A DNA stretch of 63,923 bases, counting the filler, from Octopus bimaculoides (lineage: Eukaryota): the NCBI RefSeq assembly GCF_001194135.2. It is 9 parts of 8 records of this genome, joined end to end, with 100 filler letters (N's around TTAATTAATTAA, not from the genome) between each part and the next. Parts side by side here need not be neighbours in the genome. Positions count along the whole stretch, not along the records: positions 9,715 to 16,096 come from NC_068988.1; positions 16,197 to 29,393 come from NC_068984.1; 7 more parts are not named here. One strand, 5' to 3'. Positions 12,891-24,559 of the stretch are shown in pieces. The notes beneath the pieces are model-generated. The model was given only the letters and a program-made list of their open reading frames with translations. It was not told where the DNA came from and did not search any database. Within the stretch, counting starts at the first letter, position 1, and every line of letters starts with the position of its first letter. Position numbers and translations under genes: made by a program.

Positions 12891-13508
12891 CTGTGTGTCT
12901 ATATAGATATATATGTATATACATGTAGACATGTGTGTGTGTATACAACGTTCACCAAAATAACCGTCATGTATACAACTTGGACACATATCAGTACATA
13001 AACATGTACACATATGCATACGCATATACACGTATACATACATACATGCATACATGCATGCATACATAATGCATGCATACATACATACATACATACATAC
13101 ATATCATGAACTAACAGTTACTTTCTCAGATGCAGCACGGAATTTGGTNNNNNNNNNNNNNNNNNNNNNNNNNNNNNNNNNNNNNNNNNNNNNNNNNNNN
13201 NNNNNNNNNNNNNNNNNNNNNNNNNNNNNNNNNNNNNNNNNNNNNNNNNNNNNNNNNNNNNNNNNNNNNNNNNNNNNNNNNNNNNNNNNNNNNNNNNNNN
13301 NNNNNNNNNNNNNNNNNNNNNNNNNNNNNNNNNNNNNNNNNNNNNNNNNNNNNNNNNNNNNNNNNNNNNNNNNNNNNNNNNNNNNNNNNNNNNNNNNNNN
13401 NNNNNNNNNNNNNNNNNNNNNNNNNNNNNNNNNNNNNATCCATTCACCGTTAGACGATGGTGAGAGGGACAAACGCACACAGACACACACACATATATAT
13501 ATATATAT

Positions 13509-13540
<32 letters not shown>

Positions 13541-13541
13541 A

Positions 13542-14145
13542 CAGGTGTTGGACAAAATAATGGAAACACCTTAAAATTTCAAACAAATTTATTTTAATAT
13601 GGAACCGCCTTTGCCAGTAATTACAGCTTGAATTCTACAAAGTATGGACACGTGCAAAGTTTGAATTGTTTACAAAAGAATTTTTGTCCATTCTTCAGCT
13701 AAAGCAATCTCCAGTTCTTGTAGTGATGATGGTGGAGGATATCGACTCCTTACTTGTTTTTCGAAAATGCGCCATAAACGTTCAATAATATTGAGATCTG
13801 GCGACTGTGGTGGCCAGATAAGATCTTCAACTTCACTAGAATGTTTCTCGTGCCATTCATAACAACTTTAGCTGTGTGAATTGGTGCATTATCATCCTGA
13901 AAGATTGCGCTTCCCTCCCCAAACAGTTCAGCAACCATAGGATGAATTTGACCAGGTAAAATGCTTAAATGGTCTTGACTACTCTAGGGATCAATTCTGT
14001 AGGTTTTTACTCCACTCTAAACGCTTTGGAACGTTTGTTTTTGAAAGTAGTGGTTTTCTTATTACAGCCCTCCCGTGAAATCCGGCCTTGTGCAGCTCTC
14101 GACGAACAGTTTTTGTGGAAACTGAGTTCTCGAGGTGGTCATTAA
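13542..14145 (-). mobile_element. Internally deleted Tc1 (DD34E-type) transposon; other end lost in gap
   Basis: TA followed by TIR CAGGTGTTGGACAAAATAATGGAAACACC at 13542. Minus peptides VSTKTVRRELHKAGFHGRAVIRKPLLSKTN and SQDHLSILPGQIHPMV..IFQDDNAPIHTAK../..WPPQSPDLNIIERLW. The first catalytic D region is deleted. Confidence 0.9.
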
Positions 14146-15073
14146 NNNNNNNNNNNNNNNNNNNNNNNNNNNNNNNNNNNNNNNNNNNNNNNNNNNNNNN
14201 NNNNNNNNNNNNNNNNNNNNNNNNNNNNNNNNNNNNNNNNNNNNNNNNNNNNNNNNNNNNNNNNNNNNNNNNNNNNNNNNNNNNNNNNNNNNNNNNNNNN
14301 NNNNNNNNNNNNNNNNNNNNNNNNNNNNNNNNNNNNNNNNNNNNNNNNNNNNNNNNNNNNNNNNNNNNNNNNNNNNNNNNNNNNNNNNNNNNNNNNNNNN
14401 NNNNNNNNNNNNNNNNNNNNNNNNNNNNNNNNNNNNNNNNNNNNNNNNNNNNNNNNNNNNNNNNNNNNNNNNNNNNNNNNNNNNNNNNNNNNNNNNNNNN
14501 NNNNNNNNNNNNNNNNNNNNNNNNNNNNNNNNNNNNNNNNNNNNNNNNNNNNNNNNNNNNNNNNNNNNNNNNNNNNNNNNNNNNNNNNNNNNNNNNNNNN
14601 NNNNNNNNNNNNNNNNNNNNNNNNNNNNNNNNNNNNNNNNNNNNNNNNNNNNNNNNNNNNNNNNNNNNNNNNNNNNNNNNNNNNNNNNNNNNNNNNNNNN
14701 NNNNNNNNNNNNNNNNNNNNNNNNNNNNNNNNNNNNNNNNNNNNNNNNNNNNNNNNNNNNNNNNNNNNNNNNNNNNNNNNNNNNNNNNNNNNNNNNNNNN
14801 NNNNNNNNNNNNNNNNNNNNNNNNNNNNNNNNNNNNNNNNNNNNNNNNNNNNNNNNNNNNNNNNNNNNNNNNNNNNNNNNNNNNNNNNNNNNNNNNNNNN
14901 NNNNNNNNNNNNNNNCATACATACATATATGTGTGTGTGTATAATTTAGGGAAGAGGAAAGCTAAATCGAGGTAGGGCAAGTTTGTCAGTTCATTTAAAT
15001 TAGTTTAATGCAGAAGCGAAGTAAGCAAAAATAAAAATAATAATGTCTTACAACTGTTTCATAAATATTCCAG

Positions 15074-15142
15074 GTAATGGATCAATATGTTGATCCGCAT
15101 TTCCATATACTGGGTATTCCGTCTTCTGAGGCAAAATATAAA
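15074..15142 (+). CDS. Candidate internal exon (69 nt, VMDQYVDPHFHILGIPSSEAKYK), uncertain
   Basis: TATTCCAG| acceptor, |GTAAGT donor, one open frame. The antisense strand of 14960-15340 weakly resembles a CR1/L2 RT C-terminus, so this may be TE debris. Confidence 0.3.
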
Positions 15143-15526
15143 GTAAGTGGATATATAGGCAGTAAAAAAATTATGTGGTGATGTAAAGAGAATTTGATGT
15201 AGAGAAATGTGTTGCAAGATATGAAGTTCAAGGTTCGTTATAGCTCATAGCCCATCATGTTATGGGTATGGAGATTAATTCATATTCCCGTGAAGGTGTT
15301 CTTCCTTACGTATATTCCTAGGTCAGTCCATAGTTCAGAATGAGGGTTGAATAATGTATCCAGCTGAGAGAAAGGCTGCGGGTCGCCAGTTCTCTCCCTG
15401 CTGGACAGTGGCTACCTCAGCTCCGGTCCTCGTTTTAAACTTGGATCCTAGTAGCTTGTCTATTTGAACAGTCAGACCGCATACCTATTAGTTTAAATTA
15501 CCAGTGACCTAAACTCTTCTACTTAT

Positions 15527-15559
<33 letters not shown>

Positions 15560-15610
15560 TACACACACACACACACACACACAAATACACACACACACAC
15601 ACGTACACAC

Positions 15611-15800
15611 ACGAGGAGGCTGAAAAGTTCTTGGCTTTAAGGATATTACGAAAGGCCTAGTTTGAGTCTAAACTTTACCAGATCTTTTACAAGACTTTAA
15701 AGTGAAGAACTGCCGCAATTAATGTGTAAATCTGAGAAGGGGATGTATATTAATAAAATCATAATTAACTGACTCTCTTGTTTTTTCCTTGACCTAAAGT
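15611..15800 (+). mobile_element. Possible mariner-type terminal fragment
   Basis: ACGAGGAGGCTGAAAAGTTCTTGGCTTTAA resembles mariner TIRs; no partner TIR seen. Confidence 0.35.
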
Positions 15801-16014
15801 TAGATAACATCGGTTTATGAGATTACCTTAGGTTTCACGTCCATAAAGGGCTTAGCTTTATAGCGTATCATTAGATCCCAAAGCCTGTTGGCTAAAGGCC
15901 TCTCTGTGTATGCATGTATGTATGTATGTATATATGTATGTATGTATGTATGCATGTATGTATGTATGCATGAATGCATGCATGCCATGCATATATATGT
16001 GTGTGTATGTATGT

Positions 16015-16064
<50 letters not shown>

Positions 16065-16196
16065 TTGTATACATATATACATATATATATACATATNNNN
16101 NNNNNNNNNNNNNNNNNNNNNNNNNNNNNNNNNNNNNNNNTTAATTAATTAANNNNNNNNNNNNNNNNNNNNNNNNNNNNNNNNNNNNNNNNNNNN

Positions 16197-16450
16197 TGTA
16201 TGTGTGTGTGTGTTTGTGTGTGTATGTGTGTGTGTGTCTGTGTGTGTATGTGTGTGTGTCTGTGTGTGTATGTGTGTGTGTGTCTGTGTGTGTATGTGTG
16301 TGTGTCTGTGTGTGTATGTGTGTGTGTCTGTGTGTGTATGTGTGTGTGTCTTTGTGTGTATGTGTGTGTGTGTCTGTGTGTGTATGTGTGTGTGTACGTG
16401 TGTGTATGTGTGTGTGTGTTTGTGTGTGTATGTGTGTGTGTACGTGTGCT
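16197..16450. repeat. Compound (TG)n array with periodic TA/TC interruptions
   Basis: Direct reading. Confidence 0.9.
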
Positions 16451-16678
16451 CATCCGCCAATTATTTTCTTTTTTCCACATTAAATTCCAATATAACTGTA
16501 ATGTACATCGTCTGAAAGATATTTGTAGAAAATCTTACAAAAAAAAAATTCTCATTTTTCTGAAAGTTATGAGGAAACAAAGTCGGGCATTTGTGTAGGT
16601 ATACTCAACCAAACTACGTACTTATTAGGTTAGCGAGTAAGTAGCTGAGTATTTCCTAGACGTATAAATACATAACGG

Positions 16679-17076
16679 TGGAGGCGCAATGGCCCAGTGG
16701 TCAGGGCAGCGGACTCGCGGTCATAGGATCGCGGTTTCGATTCCCAGACCGGGCGTTATGAGTGTTTATTGAGCGAAAACACCTAAAGCTCCACGAGGCT
16801 CCGGCAGGGGATGGTGGCGAACCCTGTTATACTCTTTCACCACAACTTTCTCTCACTCTTACTTCCTGTTTCTGTTGTGCCTGTAATTCAAAGGGTCAGC
16901 CTTGTCACACTGTGTCACGCTGAATATCCCCCGAGAACTACGTTAAGGGTACACGTGTCTGTGGAGTGCTCAGCCACTTGCACGTTAATTTCACGAGCAG
17001 GCTGTTCCGTTGATCGGATCAACTGGAACCCTCGACGTCGTAAGCGACAGAGTGCCAACAACAACAACAACAACAA
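16679..17076 (+). mobile_element. Full-length tRNA-headed SINE family A (my label) with (AAC)n tail
   Basis: A box TGGCCCAGTGG, B box GGTTTCGATTCC. The 3' body GAGAACTACGTTAAGGGTAC...GGCTGTTCCGTTGATCGGATCAACTGGAACCCTCG is shared with 23122 and 24258. Confidence 0.9.
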
Positions 17077-17591
17077 TATTTTCTGATATTTTCTTTAGTT
17101 GTCTGAGCGTGAGTCTATTCCGGCTAAGTGCGAATTTGAAGAATTGCGTTTAAAGTTGTCCTTGATTTTTATGAAGTTAGCTAATCCTAATGTGTAACTG
17201 GAATTATTTTTTGTGTGTTGCCTTCAGAGACGTGTTGTTTGTTTGTTTTTTTTGTTTGTTTTATGCGTCTCTTATTTTGCTGAATGTATCTACAGCAGTG
17301 TTTATGTTGGTGATTACATTGTTGAATTCTGAAAATATATAAATAAATACATAAATGAAACGCTTTATTCTGTTTCTTCGTAGAACTCGTTCCGCTGAAC
17401 TGTTACTATTTTGAAGATTTTATGTTTTGTTTGTTTATCATTCTTCATGAATGTGCGTGTGTGTTATAATAATTGTTTTAACTAGAGTTGAAGGACTGTT
17501 TACATGTGTGTGTGTGTGTGTGTAATATAGTATTATAACGGCTGAAGCATCGTAATTATAACAACCAAGATGAGGACGCTAGAACGAATAT

Positions 17592-17965
17592 TTCATAAAT
17601 TTTGCCATGAAGGCATTACACAGAGGGGACAAACAAAGGCAAACAGACATAAAGAAGCTGCGGGCTGGACACGGACATTAATGAATGAAATGAATACAAA
17701 ATGATGAGTACAAATCATCATTACAACAACAAAATCAAATCAAATCAAATTCTATAGTCCTCTACATCCGGGCCCCCAAGCAAGATTCCTGCTGCCTGCA
17801 GGAAAACCCGCATTGGCTGACCCGACTTAAGGGAGATGAAGTCCTTCTTGTCGCGAATCCTTTCAATTTCATTTCCTTCACTGACATATATGATCACCGC
17901 ACACACCTGCGGAGGCCAACTTGGATGGTCTATAGTGGTCGAATCGTAACTCTGTCGATCCAAAC
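17592..17965 (-). mobile_element. 5'-truncated non-LTR element 3' end, REL-like C-terminus, 16-bp TSD
   Basis: Perfect direct repeat ACGCTAGAACGAATAT at 17576-17591 and 17966-17981. ORF 17745-17963 (..SWPPQVCAVIIYVS..RIRDKKDFISLK..RVFLQAAGILLGG..) resembles a REL C-terminus; the clade call is an inference. Confidence 0.65.
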
Positions 17966-18490
17966 ACGCTAGAACGAATATGCCAATATAGAAACATCTA
18001 ATATCATAAAATCATGGAGAAATTTTTGCGGTCGAAAATAAGTTAATCATTTGACAATTTTCAAATTTCGTAACATAAATGTACAAATTATGGATTGTGC
18101 TTGGAATTAATTATATCTGTATTCGAAGGTGGCAACATAACCCAGTCTTTTAGTTTATTAACTAATTTGTACATCAAATATCGTATATGGCCTCTGCTGG
18201 CTTCTGTCAGGCCTTACTAATCCGATTAATTATTACGTAAATTGTACAATTCTTCGCTGATCTACATGCTTTAATTCCAGTTTATCAGAAGGTTGAATGT
18301 AACTTACAATTTATCCTCCAATGGGGACGTGGTGATCTGGCAAATGTTAACATCAAAAGGCAGACGCTATGAATATATAGAATAAATAATACGTACATAC
18401 ATACATACATACATACATACATACATACATACATACATACATACATACGTATGTGGATGCATATGTGCACGTGTATGTATGTATGTATGT

Positions 18491-18659
18491 AATGACTGTG
18501 TGGTAAGAAGCTTGCTTCCAAACCACATGGTTCCGGGTTCAGTCTCACTGCGTGGCACCATGGGCAAGTGTCTTCTACTATAGCCTTGAGCCGACCAAAG
18601 TCTTGTGAGTGGATTTGGTAGACGAAAACTGAAAGAAGCCCATCGAATATATATATATA

Positions 18660-18700
<41 letters not shown>

Positions 18701-18894
18701 TTGTTTTTGTCCCCTCACCATCGTTTGACACCGATGCTGGTGTGTTTACGTCCCCGTAGCTTAGCGGTTCGGCAAAAGAGACCGATAGCATAAGCACTAG
18801 GCTTACAAGAATAAGTCTTGGGGTCAATTTGTTCGACTAAAGGCGGTGCTCCAGCATGGCCACGGTCAAATGGCTGAAACAAGTAAGAGAATAA
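18491..18894 (+). mobile_element. Full-length bipartite SINE family B: tRNA-like head, CORE-like motif, internal (TA)(TG) microsatellite, CR1-like tail
   Basis: TGTGGTAAGAAGC..GGGTTCAGTC..GGCACCATGGGCAAGTGTCTT..GAAAGAAGCCC, microsatellite about 18647-18700, then 3' half ending AAGGCGGTGCTCCAGCATGGCC..TGAAAC. Confidence 0.9.
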
Positions 18895-18924
18895 GTATGT
18901 ATGTATGTACGTATGTATGTATGT

Positions 18925-18970
<46 letters not shown>

Positions 18971-19049
18971 TAGGTTATAATATGCCTATGCAAACGTGGT
19001 TTTCTAAGAATGTATGCATCTGCATGTTTTTTGTGTTTGTAACCTGCTA

Positions 19050-19235
19050 TCGCTTGAGAACTTGTGTTAGTTTGTTTTACGTCCATGTAAACTGGCAGTT
19101 TGGCAAAAGGAGCTGATAGAATAAGTGCCAAACATGAAAAGCTAAGTACTGTGATCAATTTGATCGACTAAACCCATTAAGGCGGTGCCCCAACATGGCT
19201 GCAGTCTAATGACTAAAGCAAGTGAAAAGAACAAA
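19050..19235 (+). mobile_element. Degenerate SINE-B 3' half
   Basis: GGCAAAAGGAGCTGATAGAATAAG...AAGGCGGTGCCCCAACATGGCTGCAGTC. Confidence 0.8.
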
Positions 19236-19575
19236 GGATTAGACTGGCATCCTTTGTTTGAATAGTTTTGTTTTTCTTCCTAATTCGCTTGTCATTACAG
19301 TAACTGGATTAACGCAATTGTCTCATTTATTTCTGTGAATCGTAGATGGATTAAGTAACTGGAAAGATTAAAAAAACTGACTGCGAAACATAAATGTCTG
19401 CACTTTACGTTCACTGGCAGTCTCAGTTCAAATTCTACCGAAGTAAGCTTTACCATTCGCAATTCCAGTGATTTACTCTGAATCCACAAATCACTACAAT
19501 TACTGTTATTTGTGGGGTAACAGATCTAGTTAGGTTTCATAAAAAAAAAAGAGATAAATCAAAGATCGTCAAGTT

Positions 19576-19926
19576 CAGTAGTTCTCAACCGAGGTCCATA
19601 TGGCCTCTTATGGTCCATATAAGATTTGGGGGGGGGGGTCCATGCAACAAAATAGTAAACTGGGGATCCACACACAATAGTATTTTAAGGATTCCTCAAA
19701 AAATGTTGCTTTGGGTGTACGTAGTGGTATGTATTGGAAGAAACAGTTAGGTATTATTCTCAAATATTTTACATAAGAGAATGTGTGAAAAACAAATAGG
19801 AATTTTGAAAGAGGTTTCTATAAAACTAGTTATTAAACATCGAATGGCTATGGGGGTAGGGTCTACCAGAATAAGATAGTAATCAAAGGGGTCCATAGAT
19901 AAAAAAAAAATGGTTGAGAACCCCTG
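19576..19926. mobile_element. hAT-type MITE
   Basis: TIRs CAGTAGTTCTCAACC (19576-19590) and GGTTGAGAACCCCTG (19912-19926), extended by GGTCCAT/GGACC subterminal motifs; degenerate 8-bp TSD GTCAAGTT/ATCTAATT. Confidence 0.75.
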
Positions 19927-20879
19927 ATCTAATTAAACTACCGATTAGCCTTAAAACCGATTTTACATGGTGAAGTCAACCCATCATTAGTTCCACCAAC
20001 AATGATGACAGACAACAGTTCTTCTGGAGATTCAGACAGTTATATGGAGACGGAGAGAAAGTTAGCCACGCTCTTTCCACTACATCTGATGTCAAACTTA
20101 ATGCAAGGTATAAAATTAACAAAAAAGAAAAGGCCAAGTTGTATGGTTCTGGTTCCAAACTTAGTGGAAAACAATAGCTTCCATACTTGTAATGAAAAAA
20201 AATAATAATAAATGATGCAAGTTTTTTCCTCGTGCTATTGGCAAAATTTGTACTTTGTTGAGTCAAGAAAAGTAAGTTTACTGGTTAACAGTTCAATCGA
20301 GTACTATTCTTAGTGTGAAGTTGCTTTAATGGTGAAAACACTTAACTCTTGGTTCAGTTCATTTAACCTTAAAATCGGTACTATGTCATTAAATCCATTT
20401 CTGTGAGTAGATTGTGCACAGTATAAATAAATTTTTGCTAGCTAGCCCCCAAAGATCTTTCATATATATACTCGCTAAAAAACAATGTGGATATCCTTGG
20501 ACGTCACCCATTTTAATACCATCATCTGTCTCTTATGAATCTTTAATGGAATGCACTCTGTTGCAAGCCTGATGATGCGATCAATGTGGTGTGGTTTGTT
20601 CTTGTTATTCTTCCACACTTCCAGACGCCCTGCAAACTTCCAAACACACTGTCTTTCCTCAGACAAAGCAATTGAAAAATAGTTTATGTACACAAATGAT
20701 GATTGTATTAATATTCTGCCCTAAAAGGATAAGACGGATGAATAATGATTTTTTTTTACGTTTGTGAGACAGTATGCTTAAGAGAGTCAGGATGACATTA
20801 GAAGAAGTGTGTTTGTATGGCATAAAAAATTTGGCAGAAAAAAACAGAAAAAGCATCTAAATAGGAATGTTAAAAAGTT

Positions 20880-21220
20880 GTTTAATGAAATCGTCCGAAC
20901 TATCAGAAGTTGTTTTTTAGGGTGGTTAAAAACGAAAAACTAACAACGTTTTGAATGATGTCAAACAAAAGGCCATACATTGCAGCATGCAGACACATTG
21001 TTCTAGATTACTTTGGTCGTACAGTTAAGGACTTCGAGGTTAGATTGGGAAGCCATTGTTACCCAGAATGCATGGATGGAAATCACATTGAACATGTGCT
21101 AAAATTATATCAAACTTTATTGTTTCTATTACAAATGAAACTATTCTGCCACACCTTTGATGTTTTACTTTATTAAAAATATTAAGAAGAAAAAGGCCCT
21201 GAAATATTACGCAACATTAT
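20880..21220 (+). mobile_element. Possible highly decayed mariner 3' remnant
   Basis: TLQHA...LDWEAI weakly resembles ILQHDNA...LGWEVL; the end TTATGGACACCCTG looks TIR-like. Confidence 0.25.
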
Positions 21221-21706
21221 GGACACCCTGCATTTTTTCTATAAATACCATGATAGCTTAGAGTAATATGACTTATTCTGTTGATTCACTAAACAATAGG
21301 AATAAAAATAAACATGTCTCGCCGAAATCCTATTGATTTTGATAGAATGGTATCTGCAATTTTCCAATATCAGTAATTTTATGCTATTTTCAAACCTCTT
21401 CCGCCAGACAAAGGCTAAATACTTCTAAAGAAGCAAATAAAACAAAACAAAAAGCGTTGCAAAAAAATATTATAACGATAATTTTCAAGTCCTTCCGTCA
21501 TCCATCATATTCCCGCTTTTACTTGTCTCATTTCCCTCATTAACTTGTGCCTTTCTCCCTCTGCTTCGCTCTTTCTCTTTCACTTTCACTTTCACTTTCT
21601 GTTATTCTCTTCCCCTCCCCCACTTCTTTCTCTGACACCATTTATTTCTTTTCGTTTTGCACTAACTGTTTCGTGTTAAAATTTACGTTGTCATCCGATG
21701 TGCTAG

Positions 21707-21757
21707 AAATAGCAAGCAAATTACTCTCGAGCTGCACCCTACCGTTTACATAGCAAG
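21707..21757 (+). CDS. Candidate exon of plus-strand gene (51 nt, phase 2-2, NSKQITLELHPTVYIA)
   Basis: Branch-like CACTAAC upstream, TGCTAG| acceptor, AAG|GTGACC donor; only one frame open. Confidence 0.35.
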
Positions 21758-21923
21758 GTGACCCACTAGACAATGCATTACTAGACATACAAAAAGGCGG
21801 GATCAAAGGTTTTCTCAAACATGTACGACCTTGGGCTAAACAACCTCAAATACGTACAAACACAAAAAGATACATAAAACAGCGTCCAAGTTCCAATGCT
21901 ACTCTCTCTTCTTTCCTTATCAT

Positions 21924-22014
21924 CTGATGAATAACAAATATCTGAAGCGTTATATTCGTCATTTTTCACTAGACGAAGATAAAATATTCGAAACGTTATA
22001 TTCTTCATTTTTCA
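21924..22014 (+). ncRNA. Degenerate tandem dimer of minimal hammerhead-ribozyme-like motif
   Basis: Two ~45-nt units: CTGATGA-ATAACAAATATCT-GAAGC-GTTATATTC-GTC and CTAGACGA-AGATAAAATATTC-GAAAC-GTTATATTC-TTC. Core motifs are complementary between the copies; helix I pairing is poor. Confidence 0.4.
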
Positions 22015-22687
22015 CGGCAATCTTGTCTATCAGACACAACCACGAACTGCTTTATTTGATAATAGTCTTTGGATTCTAGCTGAATAGCGTGAATAGTCTC
22101 TAATACAGGTTGTGAATATCTCCATCCTTCTGAAGCCAGTTTCGATAATCACTGCTTGGCGGACATTTAAATTATTAAACCAATTTGCTACATTTACGAG
22201 GTAAATAATTGATTGGTTAGTTGATATGCATCTATGCATAGATGTTGTCTAAAACCATGACAGTTCTAGCAATCCTGCAGCGCCACCTATAATATGTGAA
22301 TTTTGATCTTAAATAGAATTACATACATGTATATAAGCATGTCTGTGAGTACATATTTATCTGCCTGCGAGTGTGCGTACGCATTTGTACATACATGAAC
22401 ATGGAAATAAATACAAATTTATTTTGCAGTTTATTATGATATATTACGACATAAATAGATATTGTGTTGCACACCCATTCATTTTAATCACCGCATCACA
22501 TCTTTTGGGCACCCTTTCCTCTAATTTTATACAATATTTCAATTTAAACGTCTTCTAAAGCAAATGGGTTGGTTGCAATCAAATGTTACATGTTTTGGGC
22601 ATTTTAGTGTCGAACTTAGCACATAATTAAATGTCACAGGTTTTCTGTGCAAATTAAATCTAGGGATTGAGTTGGCATCTAGATAAT

Positions 22688-22766
22688 ATTCTTCTTCTTC
22701 TTCTTCTTCTTCTTCTTCTTCTTCTTCTTCTTCTTCTTCTTCTTCTTCTTCTTCTTCTTCTTCTTC

Positions 22767-22805
<39 letters not shown>

Positions 22806-22826
22806 TTCTTCTTCTTCTTCTTCTTC

Positions 22827-22910
<84 letters not shown>

Positions 22911-22928
22911 TTATTCTTCTTCTTCTTC

Positions 22929-22978
<50 letters not shown>
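22688..22978. repeat. Compound (CTT)n-(CAT)n-(CTT)n-(TAT)n array
   Basis: Direct reading. Confidence 0.95.
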
Positions 22979-23121
22979 TACATACACCCAATCATCAACT
23001 GATATTACAGAATTTTAAAAGCGTTATCATTCACAAATTACAAATTTAATGGAATAATTTCATCAACGTAAGGCTTAACATTATCTTTTAAGGAATTTAA
23101 CATAACTCTATTACTTCACAT

Positions 23122-23435
23122 GAAGGTGCGTAGCTTATCGGTTAGGGTATTCAGCTCGCGATCGTAAGATCGCGAGTTCCATTCCTGGCAGCACATTGTG
23201 TCTTTGAGCAAGACGCTTTATTTCACGTTGCTCCAGTCCACTCAACTCCCAAAACTGATTAATACCCGTATTTCAAGGGTCGGCCTTGTCTGTGTAACGC
23301 TGAATACCCCTGAGAACTACGTTAAGGGTACTCGTGTCTATGGAGTACCCAGCCATATGCACGTTAATTTCGTGAGCAGGCTGTTCCAATAATCGGTTCA
23401 ACTGGAACCCTCGTCGTCGTAACCGACGGAGTGCC
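23122..23435 (+). mobile_element. SINE family A variant
   Basis: tRNA-like head, TGTGTCTTTGAGCAAGACGCTTTATTTCACGTTGCTCCAGTCCACTCA core, same 3' body as 16679. Confidence 0.9.
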
Positions 23436-23540
23436 AGTTTTAGTTTAGTGTATATCACTTCATACCAACGGCAACTGGAACAGTTGCCATAATTAAAATT
23501 GCACCACGAAACATCACCGAAGCTCTGCTATGTTTTACAG

Positions 23541-23579
23541 ATGTTTGGAGGAGCCGGCATTCGTCGGAAAAGGCAAAAG
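23541..23579 (+). CDS. Candidate exon of plus-strand gene (39 nt; CLEEPAFVGKGK in the preferred frame)
   Basis: CTATGTTTTACAG| acceptor, AAAG|GTGAAT donor, GC-rich relative to flanks; all frames open. Confidence 0.5.
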
Positions 23580-24257
23580 GTGAATTTTAGGTCAATCTTC
23601 GCATTTTCAAGACAGGCAGTTGTATGAGAAATTTTGTCGTTTGCGACAATTCTTCATTGATGTGATTAGGACAAATCTGGCGAATCGGCTATTGAAACCG
23701 AATTGGCAGAGACAACGATACATGGTATGAATAGACAGAGATGGCAGAATTATGAGTGGTGGTCAATCGAAGCAGAGCCTGACAGCAATGCATTTTTTTT
23801 ATTTATCTGATTTTCCCATTACAAAGAATCATGGTATTGATTTGTTTGGTCCTGTACGTTTACAAATGAGCGGGGCGGGCATTGACGCAAGCTCTGAGGT
23901 TGCATATAATTTCCTCGGAGTGGACACTGAATAAAAATATCTTCCACAAATCCATGATTCTGGTTTGTTTGGTTGGAGTCAACTCTTCTTTTCAAATCTG
24001 TTTGGTTGGAGTCAAATCTTCTTTTCCTCCATTAATGGTACTGAAAGTATTATATATAGCATGAAAATATTTAAAAAGTTTCTAAATATCATTATAGCGT
24101 TAATTTCTACAAGTCCAAAATTTACTCTACGAAATATGAAGAAAATATATTTACGATATGTAATGTGTGCTTACTTCTATGTCCGGCGGAAGTGGATCAT
24201 AATTGCCTTTAGGAGTAATAAAAAAAACCGAGTCACTTGAAGGAAATTTATATAATA

Positions 24258-24559
24258 GTGGTACGATCGTAAGATCGTAGGTTCAATTCCCGGCGACGTG
24301 TTGAGGCCTTGAGCAAGACACTTTGTTTCATGTTGCTCCAGTCCACTCAGCTGGCAAAAATGAATAGTACCTGTATTTCAAAGGTCCAGCCTTGTAACAT
24401 TCTGTGTCACGCCGAATCTCCCTAAGAACTACGTTAAGGGTACCCAGTCAATGAAGTGCTCACTTAATGCACGTTAATTTCACGAGCAGGCTGTTCCGTT
24501 GATCGGATCAACTGGAAACCTCGTTGTTGGAACTGAGGAGTGCCAATAATAATAATAAT
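24258..24559 (+). mobile_element. SINE family A variant with (AAT)n tail
   Basis: Similar to 23122-23435 along its length. Confidence 0.9.

Noticed and set aside
12790-13500. Duplicated SINE-B fragment either side of a gap
   Set aside because: Identical sequence flanking an N gap; most likely uncollapsed contig overlap.
16679-16760. tRNA genes at A/B-box-containing sites
   Set aside because: All continue into SINE bodies and lack a full cloverleaf; they are SINE heads.
18285-18827. Minus ORF with a signal-peptide-like start (MTPRLILVSLVLMLSVSFA)
   Set aside because: It is the antisense of a SINE-B copy plus microsatellites.
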